A DNA stretch of 64,000 nt, taken from NCBI GenBank assembly GCA_964572085.1, contig CAZNEV010000017.1:9201-73200 (forward strand), given 5' to 3'. Shown piece by piece: positions 29,222 through 40,710 of this stretch. The stretch is from an uncultured Maribellus sp. (GTDB taxonomy: Bacteria; Bacteroidota; Bacteroidia; Bacteroidales; Prolixibacteraceae). The notes beneath the pieces are model-generated. The model had not been told where the DNA came from. It searched no databases and saw only the letters and a program-made list of their open reading frames with translations. A program made the translations under genes and the position numbers. Within the stretch, counting starts at the first letter, position 1. The number at the start of each line of letters is the position of its first letter.

Positions 29222-30336
29222 TTTGATAGTCTTTGATTAAACCGGATGTGCAGGGTTTTTTCGAAATAACGGATTTGTTTTGTTTCGGGTGAGGTGACTA
29301 AGCTTAACGATACACCGTTTTTACCGGCCCGGGCTGTTCTTCCACTACGATGTGTGTAATATTCATCTTTGTCGGGCAGCTGGTAGTGCACCACAAAGGC
29401 GAGATCTTCAATGTCGAGCCCGCGCGCCGCAAGGTCGGTAGCCACAAGCAGGCGCGACGTGCCGTTTTTAAATGCCCGCATTACTTTGTCGCGTTCTTTT
29501 TGCAACAAGTCGCCATGGATTGCGCCCACGGCAATGTTTTTTGCTTGCAGTTGCAGCGCGAGTCTTTTGGCAGCATCTTTTGTTTTGCAGAAAATTACAC
29601 CACGACTTGTTCCTTCGGTTTTTAAAAATTGCAACAAAGCATGAAGTTTATTGGGCTCTTCTACAATTAAAAATTGATGTTCGATATTTTTGTTCACCAC
29701 ATTTTTCTCGCTGACCTCAATTCTCACTGCATTGGGCGCCAAATATTTCGTAACAATTTGCTTTATTCCCAACGGCATAGTGGCCGAGAAAAGCCATTTA
29801 TTTTCTGCTGTGGAAGTGTGTCGAAGAATTTCCTCCAGTTCATCTTTAAAACCCATGCTGAGCATTTCGTCAGCTTCGTCGAGGATAACCGTTTTTACGT
29901 GGCTCAAATCCACAGCATCACGTTTTACCAGATCGATTAGCCGTCCGGGAGTTGCGACTATGATTTGGGTGGGGCGCCTCAACGCAGAGATTTGCCGCTC
30001 AATCGGCGCACCGCCATAAACCGCTTCGGTAAATATTTTTGTTGAATATTTTGTGTATTTGAACAATTGCTTTGCGATTTGTTGGCCCAGCTCGCGCGTT
30101 GGACAAAGTATCAGTCCTTGAATTTTATTCTGCCCCGGATCCACTTTTTGCAACAAAGGCAAGCCATAAGCCGCCGTTTTCCCGGTGCCGGTTTGCGCCT
30201 GACCAACGAGGTCGGTGTTAGCATTGATTAAAATCGGGATTACTTTATTTTGGATTTCGGTTGGCGTAACAATATCCATATCGTTCAGCCCTTTTACGAA
30301 TTTCTTGGCGATGCCCAGCTCTTCAAATTTGCTCAA
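29218..30336 (-). CDS. DEAD-box RNA helicase
   Basis: AQTGTGKT, PTRELG, TPGR, DEAD, SAT, ARGLD, HRSGRTAR. Confidence 0.95.
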   Translation of the reverse strand: MSKFEELGIAKKFVKGLNDMDIVTPTEIQNKVIPILINANTDLVGQAQTGTGKTAAYGLPLLQKVDPGQNKIQGLILCPTRELGQQIAKQLFKYTKYSTKIFTEAVYGGAPIERQISALRRPTQIIVATPGRLIDLVKRDAVDLSHVKTVILDEADEMLSMGFKDELEEILRHTSTAENKWLFSATMPLGIKQIVTKYLAPNAVRIEVSEKNVVNKNIEHQFLIVEEPNKLHALLQFLKTEGTSRGVIFCKTKDAAKRLALQLQAKNIAVGAIHGDLLQKERDKVMRAFKNGTSRLLVATDLAARGLDIEDLAFVVHYQLPDKDEYYTHRSGRTARAGKNGVSLSLVTSPETKQIRYFEKTLHIRFNQRLSK

Positions 30337-30471
30337 AACAGTTCTTTTTAATTTGATGTAAAAGTAGGCTTAAATTGGCAAACCGCAATATACAGCGGAA
30401 GTGGCCCGTTTTCAGTAAATGATGTGTTTCGATACGAAGATTTATTACCTTAGCTCCAAATAAGAAAGCAA

Positions 30472-30648
30472 ATGATTAGCGAAGAAATAAAGAACGAAAT
30501 CATCGAGCATTTACTTCCTCTAAATCCGGAAAAAGTTATCCTCTTTGGAAGCTATGTTTATGGAAACCCTACCGCAGATAGTGATGTTGTTTTAGGCTTG
30601 ACAGGGATCAGTGTCGTGTGGTATCGAGAAAAAATAATTAGAAGCTGA
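30472..30648 (+). pseudogene. Truncated minimal nucleotidyltransferase (MNT)
   Basis: Manual translation MISEEIKNEIIEHLLPLNPEKVILFGSYVYGNPTADSDVV...; stops at 58 aa and the second catalytic Asp is lost. Confidence 0.7.
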
Positions 30649-30883
30649 CCAAAAACTTGAACAGATATACTGTTATGAAATTAGTAAAAGAAGTGGTTGT
30701 CACCAATTTTGCGATAACCACTCAACAAAGTTTTCTAAAATGGATAAAAACTCTGTAAAAAGTATTTTAAACTCAATTTCGGAATTACTTTGAACCTTAA
30801 CAGTTAGAAGTAAACCATGCCGCAGGGGAATAAAAAATTTGTTGAAATAGGCACTTGGCAGATATGGATAAATATTTCGTTAT

Positions 30884-31027
30884 GGGGTTAAAACCCCTTG
30901 TACAACTGGATTCCACAAATCCTTTCACTAAAGTGAACGGCAATAAAATCACGTCTTCAATAATTTTATTGCCGTCAGCTTTAGCTGACGGAACAATTAA
31001 ATTACTGTTTGAATGGGCTTTAGCCAC
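30884..31027. repeat. REP/REPIN-like composite palindrome
   Basis: GGGGTTAAAACCCC ... TTCACTAAAGTGAA-CGGCAATAAAAT / ATTTTATTGCCG-TCAGCTTTAGCTGACGG ... GGGCTTTAGCC. Confidence 0.65.
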
Positions 31028-31084
31028 ATTTTTAATCTTATCTGTTAAATGCCTATTTAAAGAAAATTATAAAAAAACATACCA

Positions 31085-34000
31085 ATGAAACTTAAATCAT
31101 TATTCCTTTTGCTCATCACCTCGCCCTTGTGGGGTTTTGCACAAGACAACAAAAACGCGCAAGCCGAAAGGCCCAATATCATCTTCATCCTCACCGACGA
31201 CCAGCGTTTTGATGCCTTGGGCTACGCGGGCAACAAAATCATCCAAACGCCCGAAATGGACAAACTTGCGGAAAATGGCGCCTATTTCCGGAATGCGATT
31301 GTTACCACGCCGATTTGTTCCGCAAGCCGGGCAAGTATTTTTAGCGGATTGCATGAGCGCACCCACAAATATACCTTTCAAACGGGCGACATCCGCAGCG
31401 AATTTATGCAAACCGCCTATCCCAAGTTGTTGAAAGAAGCCGGATATTTTACCGGATTCTTTGGGAAGTTCGGGGTGAATTATGCCGATAAAGCTAAGAT
31501 GTTCGACAAATTTGATGATTACGACCGCAACGGGCAATTCCCCGACCGCCGCGGGTATTATTACAAAACCTTGGGTAAAGATACAGTTCATCTAACCCGC
31601 TACACCGGTCAACAAAGTTTAGATTTTATTGAGAACGTACCGAAGGACAAGCCCTTTTGTTTGTCATTAAGTTTTAGCGCACCACACGCCCACGACAATG
31701 CGCCCCTGCAATATTTTTGGCAAGAAGAGCCGGACAAGCTTTATCAGGATATGGAAATGCCCGGTCCTGAGTTGGCCGACGATAAATATTTTAATGCCTT
31801 GCCTTTGCCGGTGCGCGAAGGTTTTAACCGTTTGCGCTGGACCTGGCGCTACGATACGCCCGAAAAATACCAGCATAGCGTGAAAGGCTACTACCGAATG
31901 ATTTATGGCATCGACCTCGAAATCGCCAAAATCCGTAAAAAACTGGCCGAAACCGGGCAGGACAAAAACACGGTAATTATTTTCATGGGAGACAATGGTT
32001 ATTTCTTGGGCGAACGTCAACTGGCCGGGAAATGGCTGATGTACGACAATTCTATCCGTGTGCCGATGATGGTTTACGACCCGCGCATCAGCAAGCATTT
32101 GGATATTGACGAAATGGCGTTGAACATCGACATTCCGGCAACCATTTTAGACTTGGCCGGAGTGGAGATTCCTAAAACGTATCAGGGCAAAAGTTTGATG
32201 TCCCTTGTTTCGGGAAAGGAAAAATCGATGCAGCGTGATACCATTTTAATCGAGCACCTCTGGGAATTTGAAAATATCCCGCCCAGTGAAGGCGTACGCA
32301 CTGCCGATTGGAAATACATGCGCTATATCAACGATAAATCGTCGGAAGAACTGTACAATTTGAAAGCCGACCCTAAAGAAATCAACAACCTCGCAAAGAA
32401 ACCGGAATACCAAAAAACCTTGCTTCAATTCAGAAAGAAAAACGATGAACTGGCAAAAAAATATGCCGACCCTTATTCGGGAGTTCCCTCAGGGCTAACC
32501 GTGGAATACATCCGCGACCCACGCTTCACCAAAATAATCGACAGTAAACCGGAATTTAGCTGGGTGGTACCAAACGAAGCGGCAATTCAAAAAGGGTATC
32601 AAATCTTAGTTTCCTCGTCAAAAGAAAAAATCGACAATAACATTGGCGATGTTTGGGACAGCGGAAATGTGCGCAGCAACAAATCGACTGATGTTGAATT
32701 AGGCGGTGGACCGTTAAACCCAAACACTAACTATTTCTGGAAAGTGCGCATTTTCGACAAGGATAACCGCATTTCGGAATATTCTAATCCGTGGCAATTT
32801 CAAACTGGCGAATTTGGCGATAAGCTTACTTCGCACAACTGGTTTCAAATCGAACGGATTAAACCTGTTGAATTCAAAAAGAACAGTGACGGAAGTTGTT
32901 TTGCTGATTTCGGGAAAGATGCATTTGGAACGCTGGAAATCGATTATCGCACTAAAAAAGCCGAAACATTAACCATTCGTTTGGGCGAAAAACTAACGGA
33001 CGGTAAAATCGATCAAAATCCGGGCGGAACCATTCGTTATGAGGAGGTGAAACTAAACGTGTCACCCAAAACGAGCCATTATCAAATCGAATTAAAAGCG
33101 GACGAGCGCAACACGAAAACGATGGCAGTAGCTTTGCCCGATTCCTTCCCGGTCATCCTACCTTTCCGCTACGTCGAAATTTCCCAAGACTCCGACCGGG
33201 ACTCCGACTTTCCCAAGTCGGAGATTTCAGCCCAGGACCTCACCCAAATTGCCTATTTCAATTATTTCGACGACAACACCAGCTCTTTTACCAGCTCCAA
33301 CGACATCCTTAACCAGGTTTGGGACCTTTGCAAATATTCGCAAAAAGCCACCTCCTTTGCCGGGTATTATGTTGACGGCGACCGTGAACGGATCCCCTAC
33401 GAAGCCGATGCTTATTTGAACCAGCTCAGCCATTATTCGGTGGATAACGAGTACTCCATCGCACGAAAAACTATCGAATATTTTATGGACTTCCCCACCT
33501 GGCCTACCGAATGGCAGTTGCACATGGCACTTCTTTTCTATCAGGATTGGATGTACACCGGAAATACGGAGCTGATTGAAAAATATTATGAGCCGCTGAA
33601 ATATAAAACATTGATGGAACTGGAATATAAGGATGGTTTGATAAGCACTTCATCGCCAAAATTGACCGGTGAATTTATGGCGAAATTGGGATTTGCCGAC
33701 ACTACGCAACGGGTGCGCGATATTGTGGACTGGCCACCTGCTCAAAAAGATACAGGTTGGAAATTGCCAAAGGACTGGCCACAAGGCGAACGCGACGGTT
33801 TTGTGTTTACGCCAATCAGTACGGTAATTAATAGTTTCTATTATCAGAACATGAAAATTATGGCTGAATTTGCCCACATTCTGAACAAGCCTGAAGAACA
33901 GCTTGATTTTGAAATGCGCGCTGCCAAAGTGAAAAAGTCGATGAACGAATATTTGTTTAACAAAGAAGGGGGTTATTATAAGGATGGCATAGAAACCGAC

Positions 34001-34636
34001 CACGGCGCCATTCATTCAAACATGTTGCCGCTGGCGTTTGGGATTGTTCCTGATGTGTACAAAAAACAGGTAGCGGATTACATTAAAACCCGCGGAATGG
34101 GTTGCAGCGTGTATGGTGCACAGTTTCTGATGGAAGCGTTGTACAACGCCGGTGCAGCGGAATATGCCCTCGAACTGATGACCGCCACCCACGACCGTAG
34201 CTGGTACAACATGATAAAAGTGGGCAGCACCATCACCATGGAAGCCTGGGACATGCGCTACAAGCCCAATTCCGACTGGAATCACGCCTGGGGAGCAGCA
34301 CCTGCTAACATTATTCCGCGCTACATGTGGGGAATTCAACCCAAAACTCCCGGATTTGCTGTGGTTAGCATCCATCCACAAATGGGTAGTCTGAAAAACA
34401 GTTCTATCGCTGTTCCTACCATAAAAGGGCAAATAAAGGCAGACTATAAAAAAGTAAATAACCGTTTAACGCAATATTCAATTGAACTGCCCGCGAACAT
34501 AGTGGGCGAATTTACCGGTGATTTCAATGATAACGTGGTAGTAACCGTGAATGGCGAAACGGTGAACCTTTCGTTCGGAACAATTCGTTTAACCCCTGGA
34601 GTTAATGAAATTGAAGTGAGGGTGAATTCTTTTTAA
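31085..34636 (+). CDS. Bifunctional S1 sulfatase / GH78 alpha-L-rhamnosidase
   Basis: [35 protein letters not shown]; then [29 protein letters not shown]. Confidence 0.9.
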   Translation: MKLKSLFLLLITSPLWGFAQDNKNAQAERPNIIFILTDDQRFDALGYAGNKIIQTPEMDKLAENGAYFRNAIVTTPICSASRASIFSGLHERTHKYTFQTGDIRSEFMQTAYPKLLKEAGYFTGFFGKFGVNYADKAKMFDKFDDYDRNGQFPDRRGYYYKTLGKDTVHLTRYTGQQSLDFIENVPKDKPFCLSLSFSAPHAHDNAPLQYFWQEEPDKLYQDMEMPGPELADDKYFNALPLPVREGFNRLRWTWRYDTPEKYQHSVKGYYRMIYGIDLEIAKIRKKLAETGQDKNTVIIFMGDNGYFLGERQLAGKWLMYDNSIRVPMMVYDPRISKHLDIDEMALNIDIPATILDLAGVEIPKTYQGKSLMSLVSGKEKSMQRDTILIEHLWEFENIPPSEGVRTADWKYMRYINDKSSEELYNLKADPKEINNLAKKPEYQKTLLQFRKKNDELAKKYADPYSGVPSGLTVEYIRDPRFTKIIDSKPEFSWVVPNEAAIQKGYQILVSSSKEKIDNNIGDVWDSGNVRSNKSTDVELGGGPLNPNTNYFWKVRIFDKDNRISEYSNPWQFQTGEFGDKLTSHNWFQIERIKPVEFKKNSDGSCFADFGKDAFGTLEIDYRTKKAETLTIRLGEKLTDGKIDQNPGGTIRYEEVKLNVSPKTSHYQIELKADERNTKTMAVALPDSFPVILPFRYVEISQDSDRDSDFPKSEISAQDLTQIAYFNYFDDNTSSFTSSNDILNQVWDLCKYSQKATSFAGYYVDGDRERIPYEADAYLNQLSHYSVDNEYSIARKTIEYFMDFPTWPTEWQLHMALLFYQDWMYTGNTELIEKYYEPLKYKTLMELEYKDGLISTSSPKLTGEFMAKLGFADTTQRVRDIVDWPPAQKDTGWKLPKDWPQGERDGFVFTPISTVINSFYYQNMKIMAEFAHILNKPEEQLDFEMRAAKVKKSMNEYLFNKEGGYYKDGIETDHGAIHSNMLPLAFGIVPDVYKKQVADYIKTRGMGCSVYGAQFLMEALYNAGAAEYALELMTATHDRSWYNMIKVGSTITMEAWDMRYKPNSDWNHAWGAAPANIIPRYMWGIQPKTPGFAVVSIHPQMGSLKNSSIAVPTIKGQIKADYKKVNNRLTQYSIELPANIVGEFTGDFNDNVVVTVNGETVNLSFGTIRLTPGVNEIEVRVNSF

Positions 34637-34683
34637 GAAAGAAAAGTGGGAGTCAAAAACATAGAAAAAATAAAATAAAACGT

Positions 34684-34953
34684 ATGAGCATTTATAATAT
34701 TTCAACAAATGGAATAGAGGAAGTTAAAACAACAAGTTTTCAGCAAAATGGAATTCTCGAAAGAACGCATCTTCAGGCATTTTTAAGAGATAAAATCCAT
34801 ATTATTTCTCCTAATGAAATGCAAGGTTCGACAGGAGTTATAAATACAATGGAGTTTATCGAAGAAAAATTCGCTGGCAAATCAAGAAAAAGACACTTCG
34901 TAAAGGAAGAAGAGGTTTTAATTAGTTCTGATAATGTAGAATACATAAAATGA
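34684..34953 (+). pseudogene. Internally deleted remnant of an endonuclease-like (NucS-like) protein
   Basis: N-terminus MSIYNI...TSF...GILER.HLQ.FLRD.I.IISP resembles that family, but the ORF is only 89 aa. Confidence 0.4.
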
Positions 34954-35019
34954 ATTTTAAAAAATACAGTAACTTTAAATCATCACAAAAAATTATATAA
35001 ATACCTAAATTATACTAAA

Positions 35020-37665
35020 ATGAAACATCTAAAATTTTTTTTAATCGTTGTGCTTTTGGGCGCATTTTCTGTATTTGCAAACGCAAAAACACAAGTAACG
35101 AAACTGGTAACCGAGTACCACCATAACCCGGTTGGGATTGACGTGGAAAAACCCCGTTTTAGTTGGCAACTATTGTCCGACGGGCAAAATGTGCTGCAAA
35201 CGGCCTATGAAATCCGCGTAGCCGATTCGCCTAAAAATTTGGGCAAAAAGAGTGCGAAAACCTGGACATCGGGCAAAATGGAAAGCAGTAAATCCGTAAA
35301 CGTGGAATACGACGGGCCGGCTTTGGAATCGATGCAGCGAGCCTATTGGCAAGTGCGCGTATGGGACAATACCGGTAAAGCATCCACTTGGAGCGAACCC
35401 GCCTTCTGGGAAACAGGCATCCTGAAACCCGGACTATGGACGGCATCGTGGATTACCCTTCCGGGCGAAGCGAAAACCAAAACCTCAAAACCGGTTCATT
35501 ACTATCGAAATGAATTTTCGGCCAATAAAAAAGTGGCATCGGCGAGGGTTTATGTTACATCGTTAGGTTTGTATGAACTCTATTTGAACGGCAAAAAGGT
35601 GGGCGACGAATTATTTACTCCCGGCTGGACCAGCTACAACAAACGCCTTCAGTATCAAACCTACGACGTGACTTCAATGATTCAAACCAAAAACGCAATT
35701 GGAGCCATGGTGGGCGACGGATGGTACCGCGGAAACATTGGCTGGCAGGATCAGCGCGATTATTACGGCAGCCAATTGGCACTTTTGGTGCAGTTGAAAA
35801 TTGATTATACCGACGGGACCAGCGAAACAATTACAACGGACAGCCAATGGAAAGCTACCACCGGACCAATTCTGGAATCGGATATTTACAACGGCGAATT
35901 GTACGATGCCCGTTTGGAAATGGACGGTTGGGCGGCAACCGGATTTAACGACAACAATTGGAAAACGGTTGAAATCCTATACAAATCTAAAAATCATCTG
36001 ATTGCTCCACAGGGAGTTCCGGTTAAAGCAGTGGAAGAAATTAAACCAATCGAAATGATTACCACCCCTAAAGGGGAAATGGTTTACGACCTTGGCCAAA
36101 ATATGGTGGGCTGGGTCCGGATTAAAATGAAAGGACAAAAAGGGGAAAAGGCTATTTTGAAATTTGCTGAAGTGCTGGATAAAGAGGGAAATTTTTATAC
36201 CGACAACCTGCGGGCGGCAAAGGTCACCGACACCTATGTTTTTAAAGGCGATGGCGAAGAAATTTACGAACCTACCTTTACTTTTCATGGTTTCCGCTTT
36301 TTAAAATTGGAAGGGGTCAAACAAGCACCTGCCTTGGACGACATCACCGGGGTAGTCATTTATTCGGATATGACGCCAACCGGAAGTTTCACCTGTTCGG
36401 ATCCTATGATTAACCAACTTCAGCATAACATTCAATGGGGGCAAAAGGGTAATTTCCTCGATGTGCCGACCGACTGTCCGCAGCGCGACGAGCGTATGGG
36501 TTGGACTGGTGATGCCCAGGTTTTTGCGCCAACCGCAGCCTTTAATTTCGATGTGGCCGGATTTTATACCAAATGGACGAAAGATTTGGCTGCCGACCAA
36601 TTGCCCGACGGAAAAGTACCGCACGTGATTCCGGATGTATTGAAAGGCGGTGGCGGTTCAACAGCATGGGCAGATGCGGCGTTGATTGTTCCGTGGACAA
36701 CGTATTTGATTTACGACGATAAACGGATTTTGGAGGAGCAATACCCCAGCATGGTGGCATGGGTAGGATTTATGCAAAAGCAAGCCGGCGACGACAATTT
36801 ATGGACCGGTGGAACCCATTTTGGTGACTGGCTGGCCTTTGCCACAACCCGTTCCGATTACCCCGGCGCAACCACCGAGAAGGATTTAATTGCAACGGCC
36901 TACTACAAATATTCCAGCGGCTTACTGGCCGAAATTGCTAAAATATTAGGCAAAGATGCCGATGCAAAAAAGTATGCTGCACTTTCCGAAAACATCAAAA
37001 AAGCGTTCATCCAGGAATTCGTAACCCCTGCGGGCAGGCTGGTCTCGAATACACAAACGGCTTATTCATTGGCATTGGCGTTCGACTTATTGTCTGAGGA
37101 TTTGGTTTCTTCAGCGGCAAAATACTTAGCTGAAGACGTGAAAAAAATGGGCCACCTTACTACCGGTTTTGTTGGCACACCGCTGCTTTGCAAAACATTG
37201 TCGGCACACGGTTACGAAGATTTGGCGTTTATGCTGTTGAACCGCAAGGAATATCCGTCGTGGCTATATCCCGTTACGCAGGGCGCAACAACCATTTGGG
37301 AACGCTGGGACGGACAAAAACCGGACGGCACTTTCCAAAGCGTGGGCATGAATAGCTTTAATCATTACGCTTACGGTGCAATCGGGGAATGGCTTTACAC
37401 CTACGTCGCCGGGATTAAATTGGATGAGGAAAATCCGGGGTACAAACATTTTTTCTTAGAACCACACCCGGGCGGTGGATTGACCAACGCTGCTGCTGAG
37501 TTTGATTCGATGTACGGCAAAATAAAATCAGCATGGAAAATTGAAGGTGGAAATTTTGTTTATGATATTGAGATTCCAGCCAATACCACGGCAACTGTGA
37601 TACTGCCCAACTCGGAAAAAAAGGAATTGGGTTCAGGGAAATATAGTTTTAACGTGAAACTATAA
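35020..37665 (+). CDS. Alpha-L-rhamnosidase (GH78)
   Basis: PRFSW, PGWTSY.KR, DLGQNMVG, FTFHGFR, PTDCPQRDERMGWTGD, GATTIWERW, MNSFNHY. Confidence 0.95.
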   Translation: MKHLKFFLIVVLLGAFSVFANAKTQVTKLVTEYHHNPVGIDVEKPRFSWQLLSDGQNVLQTAYEIRVADSPKNLGKKSAKTWTSGKMESSKSVNVEYDGPALESMQRAYWQVRVWDNTGKASTWSEPAFWETGILKPGLWTASWITLPGEAKTKTSKPVHYYRNEFSANKKVASARVYVTSLGLYELYLNGKKVGDELFTPGWTSYNKRLQYQTYDVTSMIQTKNAIGAMVGDGWYRGNIGWQDQRDYYGSQLALLVQLKIDYTDGTSETITTDSQWKATTGPILESDIYNGELYDARLEMDGWAATGFNDNNWKTVEILYKSKNHLIAPQGVPVKAVEEIKPIEMITTPKGEMVYDLGQNMVGWVRIKMKGQKGEKAILKFAEVLDKEGNFYTDNLRAAKVTDTYVFKGDGEEIYEPTFTFHGFRFLKLEGVKQAPALDDITGVVIYSDMTPTGSFTCSDPMINQLQHNIQWGQKGNFLDVPTDCPQRDERMGWTGDAQVFAPTAAFNFDVAGFYTKWTKDLAADQLPDGKVPHVIPDVLKGGGGSTAWADAALIVPWTTYLIYDDKRILEEQYPSMVAWVGFMQKQAGDDNLWTGGTHFGDWLAFATTRSDYPGATTEKDLIATAYYKYSSGLLAEIAKILGKDADAKKYAALSENIKKAFIQEFVTPAGRLVSNTQTAYSLALAFDLLSEDLVSSAAKYLAEDVKKMGHLTTGFVGTPLLCKTLSAHGYEDLAFMLLNRKEYPSWLYPVTQGATTIWERWDGQKPDGTFQSVGMNSFNHYAYGAIGEWLYTYVAGIKLDEENPGYKHFFLEPHPGGGLTNAAAEFDSMYGKIKSAWKIEGGNFVYDIEIPANTTATVILPNSEKKELGSGKYSFNVKL

Positions 37666-37713
37666 AATAGAACGGTATCTGCGTGTATATTGCTTGTTCT
37701 GGTCATCCGATGA

Positions 37714-39255
37714 CTAAAAGGAATGCGCCCCTTCATAAAACAGCGGCGAATCAGGCCCCAATGGTATTTTGAAATATATCCAAACAATCAGTAAAATGGT
37801 CCACACAATAAAAAAGATAATGGAATAGGGGATCATGGTAGAAATGATGGTCCCGATGCCGGAGTTTTTATCATATTTCTGAAAGAATGCGATGATTAAA
37901 GCAAAAAAGCTCATCATGGGCGAAATGATGTTGGTTACGCTGTCGCCAATGCGGAACACAGCTTGCGAAAGTTCTGGAGAATAACCCATCAGCATAAAAA
38001 TAGGGATAAAAACTGGTGCCAAAATAGCCCATTTTGCCGAGGCGCTGCCCATTAACATATTCACGGAAGCAGCAAACAATATGAACAAGATCATTAAAAC
38101 ATAAATATTCAAATTGGCGGCTTGTAAGGTTTTTGCGCCATTTACCGCCAAAACAATACCCAGGTTGCTTACCTTGAAATAGGCCACAAATTGAGCCGCA
38201 AAGAATACAAGGACCAAATAAGTAGCCAACATTTTCATGCTATCGGCCATTCCTTCCATTATATCTGCATCGTTTTTAAAGATGCCAACCGTAAGTCCGT
38301 AAACCACCCCCATGGTACCCGCAATAACAAACAATAGGGTAACCACGCCTTTCAAAAGCGGTGAGTGGAGCAGCGAACCATCCACGTCCCTCAAAACCCC
38401 GTTCTCCGGAATGGAGCCTGCCAAAATCAGGAGCATATAAATGCCAAAAACGATTGTAGCATTTCTTAAGCCCTTTCGTTCGGCTTTTGTCAGTCCTTCT
38501 AAACTCGCCTCGCCTTCGGTTCCGGCAAGGGTGTAGCTGCCAAAACGAGGGGCAACTATTTTCTCGGTAACCCAGGTTCCAACTATCGAAATCATAAAAG
38601 TCGAAACTATCATAAAATAGTAGTTTGCAGTGGGGTTTACCGTATATGCCGGGTCTATGATTTGGGCTGCTTCCTGTGATAATCCCGCAAGCAATGGGTC
38701 GATGGTGCCAAGGAAAAGGTTGGCACTGAAACCTCCTGAAACACCTGCAAAAGCGGCTGCCATTCCAACAATCGGGTGCCGCCCGACTGCCATGAAAATT
38801 ACACCGGCCATGGGTATTAAAAGAACATAACCAATGTCGCTTGCCATGTTCGACAAAATACCGGCAAAAACTAAAACAAATGTGAGCATTTTTCGGGGAG
38901 CTTTCAACACAAGCAAGCGTATGGCAACAGCAATCAATCCGCTGCTTTCAGCAATCCCGATACCAAGCATGGCTACCAAAACAATGCCCAGCGGCGCAAA
39001 GTCGGTAAAGTTTTTTACCGTCATTTCAAGAATAAAATGCAAGCCGTCGCCCGAAACCAAATTTTTGGTTTTTATAATTTCCCCGGTTGCCGGATGCACG
39101 ATTTCCCAGCCCAATAAATGACCGATAAGGGAAACCAGCAATGTTAATCCGGCAAGCAGGGCAAACAAAGTTGCAGGATGCGGAAGTGCGTTCCCCCCTC
39201 TTTCAATCAGGTTTAAGAAACGTTGCATTAAAGATGTTTTGGTTTTTGGTGACAT
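37714..39255 (-). CDS. abgT: AbgT family transporter
   Basis: IERGGNALPHP, GRHP, AFAGVSGGFSAN, RIGDSVTNIISPM. Confidence 0.92.
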   Translation of the reverse strand: MSPKTKTSLMQRFLNLIERGGNALPHPATLFALLAGLTLLVSLIGHLLGWEIVHPATGEIIKTKNLVSGDGLHFILEMTVKNFTDFAPLGIVLVAMLGIGIAESSGLIAVAIRLLVLKAPRKMLTFVLVFAGILSNMASDIGYVLLIPMAGVIFMAVGRHPIVGMAAAFAGVSGGFSANLFLGTIDPLLAGLSQEAAQIIDPAYTVNPTANYYFMIVSTFMISIVGTWVTEKIVAPRFGSYTLAGTEGEASLEGLTKAERKGLRNATIVFGIYMLLILAGSIPENGVLRDVDGSLLHSPLLKGVVTLLFVIAGTMGVVYGLTVGIFKNDADIMEGMADSMKMLATYLVLVFFAAQFVAYFKVSNLGIVLAVNGAKTLQAANLNIYVLMILFILFAASVNMLMGSASAKWAILAPVFIPIFMLMGYSPELSQAVFRIGDSVTNIISPMMSFFALIIAFFQKYDKNSGIGTIISTMIPYSIIFFIVWTILLIVWIYFKIPLGPDSPLFYEGAHSF

Positions 39256-39535
39256 AGTATTTTATTTAATAATGATTAAGAAATAACTCCGTGAATTGTT
39301 GACTGTAAGCCATAAAAACCTTGATCCGCCTATTGAAAATCTTACACGTTTAAAGCAAATGGGTTTTATGACTAAAGGAACAACAAGAACAATTGATTGA
39401 ACCAGATCCAATCGTTTTTTCTTCGACAAAATCTCGAAGCATTATTTTACTAATTTCGCCACAGATATAACTAAAATTGCCATAAGGTGGTCGAAAGATG
39501 GAAACATTTGTCTAAAGAAAATAAAAAATTACACT

Positions 39536-40606
39536 ATGCACGAAAGAAAAACAACCAACCTGCTTCTGCTCATCATTGTGGTACCGTTGGTTCTCTATTT
39601 GGCGAAAACATTATCGTTCATCCTAATTCCATTGGTTTCGTCAATGTTTATTGCCTTGCTGTTTTTACCGATGATGCGCTGGTTGGGTAAAAAGAAGGTG
39701 CCAAAACCGATAAGTATTTTTATTGTTGTGTTGATTTTTGCTGTCGTTTTTAAACTGGGCGGTGAATTAATCCGGCTTTCGAGCAAGGAAATTATTTCAG
39801 CCCAAAGCGAATTTATAGAACAGGCAAGCTTCAAATTATCTTCGTTGGTGATGAAGTTGGAAAGTTTTTTTGGTATGGATTATTTTGTAGGCGAGAATGT
39901 TTTTGCTGAATTATTCAATAAAGAATACATCTCTAAAAATTTCGGTACAACGGTTGGTTTTATCGGTCGTTCGCTTTCCATGACATTGTTGACTGCATTT
40001 TTTGTCGTTCTTTGGCTGGCCGAATCGGTTAACTTTCAGCAATTGCTGAACAGCACCATTCTGAAGCAGAAACACGCATCTATCAAAACATTTATGAAAA
40101 TTGAAAAGGATATCATCACCTTTTTGAAAGTGAAATTCATCGTGAGTTTACTGACAGGGATCGGGATCAGCCTTGCCTGTGTGTTTTTCGGGGTGAGTTT
40201 TCCAATTTTCTGGGGGCTTTTTGCTTTTTTGGTCAACTTTGTTCAAATGGTTGGTTCGGTTATTTCAGTTGTCCTACTGGCTGTATTTGCCATTGTGGAG
40301 TTGGACGTATCGAGCATGTTGTTCTTTTTTGTGCTGACCATAACCGGCATCCAGGTTCTTTTTGGAGGAGTTCTGGAACCTATATTTATGGGGAAATCCT
40401 TCTCCATAAACATTATAACTATTTTGGTGATGTTGTCGGTATGGGGCTTTCTATGGGGAATTCCGGGACTGATTATGTCAATCCCCCTTACCGTATTTTT
40501 GAAAATAATTCTGGAACAATTCCCGCGTACCAAAATCATTGCCGACTTGCTTTCGGGGGGAAATCAGAAGTTAATTCCGCCAAAACTCAGAATCCCGAAA
40601 ACATAA
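39536..40606 (+). CDS. AI-2E family transporter
   Basis: Polytopic; LEPIFMGKS, WGFLWGIPGLIMSIPL. Confidence 0.88.
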   Translation: MHERKTTNLLLLIIVVPLVLYLAKTLSFILIPLVSSMFIALLFLPMMRWLGKKKVPKPISIFIVVLIFAVVFKLGGELIRLSSKEIISAQSEFIEQASFKLSSLVMKLESFFGMDYFVGENVFAELFNKEYISKNFGTTVGFIGRSLSMTLLTAFFVVLWLAESVNFQQLLNSTILKQKHASIKTFMKIEKDIITFLKVKFIVSLLTGIGISLACVFFGVSFPIFWGLFAFLVNFVQMVGSVISVVLLAVFAIVELDVSSMLFFFVLTITGIQVLFGGVLEPIFMGKSFSINIITILVMLSVWGFLWGIPGLIMSIPLTVFLKIILEQFPRTKIIADLLSGGNQKLIPPKLRIPKT

Positions 40607-40710
40607 AAAATATTCCTCAACGATAAAATAGGATGTAGTTCTGTCTAATTCTTTAAAATATTATCAATAAGTTTGAGCCGAATTATTGTTTTTATAATAA
40701 ACAAATCATA

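Noticed and set aside
30797..31088. Short ORFs on both strands
   Set aside because: They overlap the palindromic repeat element; likely spurious
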